Source: Raillietiella orientalis (taxonomy: Eukaryota). From it: a stretch of 58,395 bases of DNA. The DNA is taken from the NCBI GenBank assembly GCA_036172245.1, contig JAYWIR010000155.1, positions 1 through 58,395 on the forward strand. The letters run 5' to 3'. The position numbers were made by a program, and so were the translations under genes. Below the pieces are notes generated by a model. That model was not told where the DNA came from and searched no databases. It was given only the letters and a program-made list of their open reading frames with translations. Position 1 is the first letter of the stretch; each line of letters opens with the position of its first letter. Of the stretch, positions 1 through 9,885 are shown one piece after another.

Positions 1-300
1 CGCGTTGCAGGCTGCTACGGCGGGCGTGCCAGGACACGAGCTCGGCAATGGGGCCAGAGTCACCCTTTACGCTCTCAGCACCAACTCATAGTAGGTGCTG
101 AAGAGCAGGGGGCTGAGGCTATCTCCCTGCCTTATGCCCCGCCGCTTTGGAACGCCATGCACCTTCTGACTGCTGAAAGAGACGGAAATTATCCCATGGC
201 GCCAGCAGGAGCGCAGGTAGTTGATCAAGGAGGGTGGGAAGCCCATGCGACCCAGGAGCTCCAACAAAAGCCCCTGGTCAACACAGTCGAACGCCTTGTG
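1..300 (-). pseudogene. Host non-LTR ORF2 fragment (RT domain), interrupted at HKAFD by element A1
   Basis: Minus strand encodes HKAFDCVDQ...RRGIRQGDSLSPLLF (RT motifs). Homology stops abruptly at 300. Confidence 0.9.
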
Positions 301-394
301 CGCTCCAGGGTGGACGTGTTTTCTCGGTGCCCCTCGTGCCAGGAAGTCTCCCCCAGTTCAAGCGTCGTGTGGTTCGGTGGTCGATCAGGCAGCG

Positions 395-2069
395 ATGCCT
401 GACGCGACCACCAGGGATGGCCAGGGGGCAGCGGCAACGCCGCCCCCAGAGGCGATGGAGAGCCAGTGGGAGGAGGCAACGTCGCCCATAGAGGCGATGG
501 AGGTGGGGGCATCCGCCCCCACAGAATCGGTCCCCGCTTTAGCGCGGGCGTGGAGCGCCGCTGTGTCGGCTCCATCGCCCGCAGCCGAGGCGGAATTGTC
601 GGCCTAAGTGGAGGAGGCGTACATTTCTTCATTTTTCTACAAGGTAGGCAATTTATATTCTTTAGAGATCGCCCGCGCCTTCTAGAATGGCATGCGCGCT
701 CTCGATGTGAAAGAGGAAGAGCTTAGCGCTATGACCATCCGCAGAGGGGATCAGTACGTTAAGGTCATCTGCAAACGTGCAGAGCTGGCCCAACGACTGC
801 TTAAAACCCCCGTTGTGATGAAGACGCGCAGGCTTCTCCCCACTACGGCGGATCGCAGCATGGTGGTCCACCTGATAGGCGTGACCGCGCGAATGCGCAA
901 AGAACAGTTTCACGCCGCTTTGGAACAGTTTGGAACGGTCCACGCGCAGTGGACGAAAGTAAGTCCTTTCGAGGACTACACGTGGCTCCAACACGGCCTT
1001 ACTGCTACTCGCGTGACCGTTCGGGAGGGCTCCACTCTTCCCACAAACTGGTGGTCGAAGGCGAAACCGTCGACCTCTGGTATGTGGGGAAGCCGAAATA
1101 CTGTGGCTTCTGCAATACTTCGGGCCACCTCAAAAAGAGGTGCCCCAATGTGCAGTGACAAGTATGCGGCACAATGGGCCACACGAGGGAGGTGTGCCCA
1201 AAAGCAGCAGTGTGGGTGGTTACCAAGAAAAACCTTAAAAAACGCGCCCGGCTCCTGCAGAAAAGACTGGCGGCGAAACTGCCGCGAAGGCTGTGCCACC
1301 CGCGCCCAAGACCCAAGCCGCACCCGAGACCCTGGCGACCAACGCCGAAGAAGTTGAGGGAGCCGGCCAGGAGACTCAGTGGCAAGTGGCAACGGCCAAA
1401 AAATCAAAGAAGGAGAGGAGGATTGAAAAGAAAATCGCCTATCAACAGAAGATCAAAGAGCAGGGTAGCACGATAAATAAAGAGTGCAGCGTCGTTGTTA
1501 AACGCGTTCTCGATGTTGCCGAATGCTGCCGGAAAGAACTCGCCTCTACCGACGACCTCTTCTCTGTTGACACAGTCAATAGCGAATGGAGCGAGCCGGC
1601 GACAGCGTCCGTCATCGATACCACCATCGATGACGTAGCCTTCGCGCGAGCCGCGGAGGAGCTGGCAGCCTCGTTGCAGCCAGAACCCTCCAAGGCTGGT
1701 AAGAAGGCCGTAAGGCGTCCGGCCTACCCTCAGGAGTCCCCCACTTCCGACCTCGAGGTGGAGGCCGGAAGCGCAGCCCCTGTTTCCACGGCACCGCGCA
1801 AGAAGGCTAGACGTAATTTCACAAGGCCTAGGAAGCTCGTCTCCCCCGTCGAAGGGGAAGAGTTGGCTTCCGCAAGCGAGGGTGCCATGAGCGTAAGAGA
1901 CTCTCTGGACCCGTCGCCCGAGAGACTCCCACGCGCGGACACGGAGAGGATGGAGGGGGTGGAGGACGAACAGGTGCATCAGGTGCCTGAGAACGCCAAA
2001 ACCCCCATGGACATTCCGCCCGCCTCGCAAGAGGAGGGCTCTCCCACACCTTAATCTTCCCAGCAGTAA
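395..2069 (+). pseudogene. A1 ORF1, gag-like zinc-knuckle RNA-binding protein (stops and frameshifts)
   Basis: CGFCNTSGHLKKRC knuckle followed by a second degenerate knuckle. Pieces lie in ORFs 221-607, 692-1357, 949-1158 and 1293-2054. The in-frame TAA at 2067-2069 overlaps the ORF2 ATG. Confidence 0.85.
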
Positions 2070-5000
2070 TGCCGGGAATCTCCTCCCGCCGTCGTCTGCG
2101 CATCGCCGTTTGGAACGTGAACGCCATGACAGACGCCGGCTGGAGACGAGACATGGTCGCCCTTCTCGAGTCCTACCACCTTGCGCTGCTGCAGGAGATC
2201 CACGTGATCTCTGCAAAACAAGCGCAAGAGATCGAACGCATCTCCGGAGAGTGGCTATGGTACAGGTGTGGGAGAGCGAAGGGTTGCGGTGTCTCCTACC
2301 TGCTTCGGCCAGTCGTCGAGGCCGCGGCTCGGGGCGTGCGGTTCGACGATCACGGTCGTGTCGGCCAGCTGACTCTCAGGTGGTCCGACTCGATCGATCT
2401 GATCGTCACGAACGTGCACGCACCGAGCGGCGCGGACCTGATGACCAGGAGGGCGAGGAAAGAGTTTTTCCTTGCCCTCCATCGCGACTGGTTGACCGAG
2501 GCAGGCGTGCGGAATGCCCATCTGGTTGCAGGCGATTTTAACGTTCGTCTGAAACCGCATGGGCCGAATCACGAGCGTGACCTGGTCAACGAGGTGTGCG
2601 CGGCGGTGCACACTTGTAATTTGTTGGCCAGTGTACCAGGGATGGAGGACAACATCGATCACGTGTTCCTTGACGAACACCTGTGCACTCGTGTGGGCAG
2701 GCGCTGCAAGTTGCCGTGCGAGTTGTCCGACCATCGACCAATCGTGTTTGAAATCCATCCGCGCGAGAGGGGCCCCCCCTCGTCAGCGTGGCGTTTGCCA
2801 AGGGACTGGCAGAAGCTCCCGGACGCGACGGAACATCTCCGCACGTTTATACGGAGCTTTAGGATGCAGACATTTCAGGATTGGGACCGCTTTAAACGGT
2901 CGGTCCAGGAGTTCTGCGACCAGTTCCCACTGCGCCGCCTACCTGCAAGATTTGGGGACGGGTTACGTAACGAACGGGCCTATCTGCAGGCTCGCCGTTA
3001 CGCCAGGATCCCCGACATCCGCAGGCTGGCGGAATACAAAGGGGGAGCCGAAAGGCAATCCTGGCTCTCAGGATCAGACAGCTTGCTGGACGACCAGGGC
3101 CGGGAGCATTCGGCACCCGCTCAGATCCGCGGTTTGCTGCGGCGTTTTTACTCCTCCTTGTACGCAAGAACGCCTCCCGAGCGGAATTTCTCACGAATCC
3201 TGCTTTCGAAAGGCGCTCCTGCGATCTGTAAAGAGGAGAAAAAGTCCGTCGACGAGTCTTTCACGATGGGCGAGATCATCTCGGCCATCGGAAAGCTCAA
3301 GAGGCAAAAGGCTCCAGGGGAGGACGGCCTGTCCGCGGAGTTTTATCAAACTAACGCGGCTGAACTAACCCCCCTGGTACATCAACTCACCTTGCTGATA
3401 CGCGAGACAGGTGACGTTTCCGCCTCGTTTCGTTCGGCAAAGGTGCGGCTTCTCCCTAAGGGAGGAGATCTGAGGAGCATGAACAACTGGCGTCCCATCA
3501 CAATAGTGAATGCGGATGCCAAGTTGATAGCTAAGGTTTGGGCTGAGCGTTTGGGACGGGTTGCAAACGCCTTCATCAGCCCGGAACAGACGTATGCTGT
3601 TCCGGGGCGAAGCATGGAGGCGAACCTGTTCCACGCTTCCACCTGGCTAGGGCTCCAACACGAAAGCGGCTTGATGCGAACAGGGAATTCGGGTAGTCCG
3701 TCATTCATGCGACGGATGTTCAAATGGTGGAGGGAGCACTTGCGGTCGCTGTCGACTTGCGAAAAGCATTCGATTGCGTAAACCAGAATCTGCTGCTGAA
3801 GCTTTTGGAACGCTTGGGCTTCCCGGCCTCATTATTAACCTATCTGCGCTCTAGCTGGCGCGATTCGCAAATCAATGTAACTTTCAGCGGGAATATTGTT
3901 CACGGCGTGCCGGTGCGACGTGGGATCCGGCAAGGAGACAGCCTGAGCCCCTTGCTTTTCAGTACCTACTTTGAGTTTGTACTGAGAGCGTACAGGGAAA
4001 CTCTGGCGCACCTGCCGCCTGAATGCGCCGGAACGCCTGCGGTTTCAGCATATGCAGACGACCTCCTGCTACTGCTCTCTATGTCCACCCCGGCTTCGGC
4101 GGTCGAGAAGTTCTTCGAAATGCTGAATCGAGGAACCGGGCTTACGGTGAACAGGGCGAAGTCGTCCGTGATAGCAGTTGGTGCGGCGTGGGCAGGGCAG
4201 CAGCACTGGTTCCGTTTGGGGATCCTCACGGTGAGGTACTTCAAGTATCTTGGTGTGCCGTTGTTGGACTACTCCCCTGCGGAAGCGTGGTCCGGCTGCC
4301 TTCAAAAAGTAGAGACGGCGATCAACCCGCTCCGAGGCGGCAGGTTTTTCCTGCCTGAACGGGCCGCGGTTTGGAACATGTTCGCGGCTCCTGTCCTCCG
4401 TTCCCTGCTGCTTGTTTGCCCCCCCACCGAAAGGATCAAAAAGCGGACGAAGGTCCTCCTCCGTATCGCCGTTTGGGGCAACAAGAGGCCCCTAGTCCGC
4501 CTGAAGGACTTGCGCGCTCCGTGTCGGGACTGTGGTCTCGGCCTCCTTACATTGGAGCGGCTGGAGCTGCATTTCCAGTTCTGGATTTTGGCACTTGTGC
4601 CGGAGTTGTGGTGCACCGGTTGGTGCGTCCCTGCACTTCTCCTCCTCCAGCAAACCACCGGCAAGACGGGACTTACGTCGTTTCTTGCACTCCATCGAAG
4701 CCGCATCAACCGATGTGGGCTTCAGCTACGGAGGGTGGTTGCGCTGGCAAGGAGAAATCAAGGATGGATCACCTGTCTCCCCGCGAACGGTAGTGCCTGG
4801 TTGCAGAAAACCGTTCGTACGTGGGGACAGTTCGGCATGCAACCCTCCCATCAGGAACGAAGGTTCCTGTTTGGGTGTTACAGAAGTTGCACGCTCCGTG
4901 AGATCCTGGAGGATCATAAGAAGAGAGCGTGGTCAGGAAGAACCCTCCTCGCTGCTGCGCTGGACTCCCTAGTGGAACATCAGGACAGCGATGCTGCGGC

Positions 5001-5515
5001 GAAGTGGGAGGTTACAATCAAAATCTCCGGGAAGGAGAAGAAGCAGAGAGAGTGGAAGACGGGCCAGCTAACTGATGCTGCAACCCCGAGTACGCCTCCT
5101 AATGGACTTCTGCGCTGGGGAGCGCTGCTGTATGTTCCGATTAAACATGTGAAGTGGCCCCCGATTCCTATGAACACTTTCATCCTCCCCCTAAAATGGC
5201 AACAGTTTCCCGTTGCAGCACTGGGGACTACCCTGCAACGCCCGTCGACACCACTGGACTTGGGGAGCGGTGGATCCCAATTGTGTAAGGTGCGGGGAAC
5301 GGGAGTCCCTCCCGCACCTCCTAGTGGATCGTGATGCCCTTCGGCCCCTTTGGTTCCGCTTTGCCGCGGCCATCGGTATCCCTTGCAGCAACCCCAGGGA
5401 CGCACTAAAAGCCTTCTTCGTTGCCGACGCCCTGCGGCCAGCGTCCTCGATAGCAGCCTTGTGCTGCCTTCGAGGGATCGTCGCCGCCTGGAGCACGGCG
5501 ACGGGAGGACAGAGA
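2069..5515 (+). pseudogene. A1 ORF2: APE endonuclease, reverse transcriptase, C-terminal zinc finger (frameshifted)
   Basis: APE motifs WNVN, LQE, AGDFN, IDHVF, SDH. RT motifs KAPGEDG, WRPIT, DLRKAFD, GIRQGDSLSP, YADD, KYLG. Zinc finger CVRCGERESLPHLL. Frameshifts near 3720 and 5210. Confidence 0.92.
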
Positions 5516-6361
5516 GAAGATGATGAGCGGCTGGACCATGGGAGAGTTGACAGATGCAACGACCCCTAGTCTCCAGCCGCGTGGATTCAGAAGATGGGGC
5601 GAGCTGCTCGGCATTCGATTGGATGACCTGAAGTGGCCCCCGGTTCTACTTGGATCCAGGATTCTCCCCCTGAAGTGGCAAGAATCGGCGCTTCTGTGGC
5701 TGCATTGGGGTCTACCCTGCAACGCGCGCCGCTTCCACTGGACGCGGTGAAGAGTAAATCCTGCGTGTGCCAGGTGTGGGAAGCGGGAGTCGCTCTTATA
5801 CCTCTTAGTTGAATGCCATGCCGTCGAGATTCTTTGGGATCGTCTGAAAACGGCCCTCCGGATACCGGATGGTGGCAATGTTGAATGTATCTTCAGTCTT
5901 GTCTTCGTGCGGGACGCCCTCAGTCCAGCCGCAGCCCTGGCAGCACTTTGCTGAATTCGTGGTATCGTGGCGGCCTGGAGTGATAACGAAGATGAAGACT
6001 GCATCGTGAGGGACGTCATCGAGTGTGCTTCTCGCTTCCTGCAGAGAGCTACCCGATGGCCCCACCTAGGAAAGCTGAAAATGGAACTAGAAGGCATCCT
6101 GCAAAGGATGGGCGCTCCCAGCAGTTTTCTGTGATGTCTTCCCGGCCCTCCAAACTTTTTTTTTTTTGTGGTATGTTTTTCTGTTCTAGTTTATTTTTGT
6201 TTTTTCCCCCATCCCCCTCCACTGCCGAGAAGAGCCACACCGGGCTGCGTCCCGGTGTCCCGGCAGTTCCGGCATTCCGTGGCCGTCAGTGGGGCCTTGT
6301 ACCACGTTCTGTATTGCCCGTTGAAATGTTTTTTAATAAACGTTTCGGCGTATCCGGGTGG
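5516..6361 (+). mobile_element. B-type ORF2 C-terminus plus 3' UTR and terminus, fused to A1
   Basis: A second copy of the KWPP/LKWQ/CARC region resembles B3 from 19220 onward. It is followed by a T-rich 3' UTR and an AATAAA-hairpin end at 6335-6361. Confidence 0.8.
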
Positions 6362-6380
6362 CATCGCCGAATCCCTTGGC

Positions 6381-7160
6381 GAGTGGACGTGTTTTTCCTT
6401 CGCTCTCGAGTGAGTTAACAGGAAGAGGTTTTTTCTCTGTGTGTGTTCGTGTGGAACATCGTTGGTGTGCGATGGCAGCGATGTCTGAGGACACCACAAT
6501 AGAGGTAGGTGTGGGGAGGCTTGCCCTCCCTTACAGCCTACAGAATCAGAAGCGTCCGCCCCGGAAGCGCCCTCGCCGCCCAAGGCGAGGAGCTGGAGCG
6601 CCATGGTGGCCGCGCCGAGCGCGGAAACTAAGGTTGAGATGGCGGCCTACCGTTCAGCTGGGTACAAGCCCAGCTTGCTGTACCAGGTAGGTTTCTTATT
6701 TGATGGAAAAACGGCAAGCGCGTTTTCGAAAGCGCTCCAAAACGCCGGAGTTAAAGAACAAGATCTTCACGGCCTGTCCGTTCTCAGCGGAGGTCAGCGA
6801 GTCGAGGTGGTGTTCAAGGAGATCACCTTGGCTCAAAGTCTGATCACCAACCCGTTGAACGTCGACGGCTGCAAGATCCTGCCGGTGACGATGGACCGCT
6901 CCGTGGTGGTCCATTTCACTGGAATCACGAGTTGTATAACTCGCTCTGCGGTAGAACAAGAACTTCGAAAGTTCGGCGAGGTGCTCGCGCTGTGGCCTGA
7001 GCCAACAATCTTTAAAGGCTTCAATAGCCATTTCGGAGGCCAGGCTGAAGCGCGGGTAACCGTTAATAAGGACTGTGGGCTTCCCCACTAGCTGGAGGTC
7101 GCGGAAGAGGGCGTGGACCTCTGGTACGTGGGAAAGCTTCGGTATTGCGACTACTGCGAC
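6381..7160 (+). mobile_element. Copy B1: 5' UTR and N-terminal ORF1, truncated at the first zinc knuckle
   Basis: GGACGTG at 6385. ORF 6603-7091 (GYKPSLLYQVG...DRSVVVH) is homologous to the other ORF1s. Confidence 0.85.
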
Positions 7161-9437
7161 CTGACCTAGACGCGAAGCGAATAGCCCGACAAGCAAATTG
7201 GCGTCCGTATTCACAAAAGTTATCAGACGCCAGTTGTTCAGATTTCTGAGATCTCCTCCTTTCGAAAGAAGCGTCACTCTGGCTGTCGGAAAGGAGGCGG
7301 GAACATCGCATTCGTCTCCGATCAGCCTGATCAACTTAAGCAGCAAGGGTTCCAGCTTTTCTGCGAAGCTCTAAAAGAACTCCGCGGGCAAGCCGTCTTC
7401 CCCAGGAGCTTTCCACCTCTTGAGCCTTTTGATACCGGGGAGAATTTCTACGGTGTTAAGATGCTCGTCGAGGCTTAACGATTATTCCTCCTTCGTTATC
7501 GAAGCATCAAACGGAAGAAAGCGTCGAGAGGCATCTTGATCTGAGGGCGCCGTGGAGTAAAGGGAATTATAATCACCACGCACGAGATTAAGTTCCGACG
7601 CCGGAGACGGACATTTCTTGCCGTGGCCGTCCAGAAAGCTGTTCAATACGGATTGCCATGCTTAAAGTTCGGGCCCGGCTCGGTAGTGGTCCAGGCGACG
7701 GACATCAGGGGTTCTCTCTTTCTGACGGGCCTGTCAATAGACTCGATGGTTGCAAGGACCATCGTCGAACCCTGGAGGCAGGCGTCCCAGAGAAAACTGC
7801 TCGCAGAACTCCCGGATCGAGGCCTTAAACAGGTCTTAACCCTCGAATACCGGGCCGAAGGTTGCAAGGGCCCTCGAGAAATCCCGGGGGCGGGCGGTTA
7901 AAGCGAACTGCTCGCAGAACATCCGGACGGAGGCCTTAAAAAGGTTTCAATTCCAAAGACTCTTGAGCGTGACGCCTTTCAGGAATTCATGAAGGTGTTC
8001 CTATGCTGCTGAGAGTCGCGTTCAGTCCCCCGGCACACGACACTCCCTGGATGGAGGTCTGTTGTTGCGAAACCTCATCTCGAAATTTAGCCGGGAATGG
8101 TCCGACAGCGTCGACGCGATCTTCCCCCGTTTGCCGGCCCGTGAACACAAGTGAGCGTCCAGGAAGACGTGGACGATGTTGCGGACAATTCTTTCACCTG
8201 CAAACAGGTTCAGCACACGCATGGCGCCGCAGAACTCGTTCATCGCGTTCTCTTGTGTTTCATGTTCACCAGTTCGCAGTCGAAGATTGAGAACTCCTGT
8301 TATCAGGTGAGCCTTTCGCACGTTCGTGTTCGCCACACAGTCGCGTTCCAGGGATTCAAGCAGCCTGGTACGGTTGCTATATCCCTTTTGACCGGTATGG
8401 GCGTACACATTCGTGAAGATCAGATGGATCGAGACGGAGCAGCCGAAAATCAGCTGAGCAACCCGATCGACGTCATCGAAGCGCACGCCTTTCACGGCAG
8501 CGTCGATGGCTGGCTTGACGAAGAACGCGACTGCGCAGGTGTTGCGGAGGCCGCATTGCCGGTACATCCCACCCCCCGCGATCGACTTGATCTCCTGGAC
8601 GTCTGCCGCGAAGATCACGTGGATCTCCTGCAGCCGGTCAGGTTGAGTTCATGCAAAGTGTCGGCTGTACCTCGCCTGTTACCGTCGTCGCGCACCCCGT
8701 TGACATTCCAACAGGCCGCGCGGATCCGACGGCGACTGGCGAGCCCACGTTGTACTCCGGGAAAAGTGGCAGTCCGGCGTCCGCCACCTACCAGGGCAAG
8801 ATGCTAGGTGGAGGAGGAGGGTCAGGTGGTGAAGGCACATAATCCCCCTCCTGCATGGGTAACAGCGCGCCGAGCGCTGTTACCGATGCAGGTGGGGTCG
8901 CACCTATCTGTTGACCCTCCTTAATGGAGGCGGGCTGTTCAGGGTCGGCGACTGCAGGGAGGACTTTACCTACCTGCTCACCCTTCACCATGGGGTGGCC
9001 TTCTCGACAACTTCGGAACGTTGGAATTCCTCCTTTGGGGTTCCCACGCTGGCGACGGCTTCCGTGTCCTCCTCCTCGCTGGAGGAGGGGAAGCACCTCC
9101 TGGGCTTCTGGGACTTGCGTTGCGACTTTCTAGGGGGTGCCTTGGAGGAGGAGGAGCTGCTTCCGGCATCTAGGATTAACTCACCTGAAGAGGCCTTCTT
9201 TGCAGGATCCGGCTTTCGTACGGCCTTGCGCGAGGGGTTCTCCCGCTCGGCCAGCGTCACCGCGAGCTCCTGTGCCGCCTCTGCCAATGCGACGTCCTCT
9301 ACTTCGAAGAACGCGTCGCGCAGCTCACCCTCTGTGTAAACCGGAGGTTCGCAGTCGCGAGCCTTGGGCGCAGCGGAAACGGCGAGGGGAGGCTCGTCGC
9401 TCCAGGTGGCAGCCTCGGGAACGGCGATGCGTTCGAT
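7155..9437 (-). mobile_element. Copy B2 internal fragment: ORF1 C-terminus (9437-8755), APE and RT N-terminus (8750-7155), degenerate
   Basis: ORFs 8985-9443, 8022-8618 (APE) and 6696-7346 (KGGDLRNLNNWRLIT). Confidence 0.85.
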
Positions 9438-9885
9438 TTTCACCCAAATTTCTCCAAGTCGTTTATTGAAAAATAAACTTTATAATGAAATTATGTATGG
9501 CTGTGGGAATGCTCCAGCCAGAAGCGAAGAACCACAGAGCCTGTCAATTCACCGGTTCCTAGACCGGTATGGTCCACCAAGGCAGCAGGGGAAAAGGAAA
9601 AAACCAAAAACTAAACAAAAAAGACAAAGGGTGGGAGGGAACGGGAAGGGATCACTGATGCTGCTGGGGCCGCATCATGCCTCTCAGGATGCAGGCAAGC
9701 TCTTGTTTGATGTGAACATCCAGGTGGGGCCATCGCGACGCCCTCCTCAGGAATTGGGAGGCGCACTGGATGGCGTCCTGATCGCTAGGTCCTCCCGTCG
9801 CAGTGCTCCATGCGGCTACGATCGCACAAAGGCAGCACAAGGCTGCTATCGAGGACGCTGGCCGAAGAGCGTCGACAACGATGCA
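9438..9885 (-). mobile_element. A1-type 3' end fragment (ORF2 C-terminus, 3' UTR, terminus)
   Basis: Encodes DALRPASSIAALCCL...ASRWPHL. A degenerate AATAAA-hairpin end lies at 9467-9438. Confidence 0.85.

Larger units (their letters stand above)
301..5515 (+). mobile_element. L1/Tx1-like non-LTR retrotransposon, copy A1 (intact 5' end, 3' end replaced by a B-type end)
   Basis: GGACGTG at 312, ORF1 with zinc knuckles, then ORF2 with APE, RT and zinc finger. Sequence switches to B-type at ~5515. Confidence 0.9.

Noticed and set aside
301..1433. LTR pair or terminal repeat formed by 301-1433 and 56525-57659
   Set aside because: Both are 5' parts of separate LINE copies. There are no TG...CA ends, primer-binding site or integrase, and the flanks diverge.
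3724..5334. YADD reverse transcriptase as a group II intron, retron or DGR
   Set aside because: The N-terminal APE domain, upstream zinc-knuckle ORF1, C-terminal zinc finger and TSDs define a eukaryotic non-LTR element.
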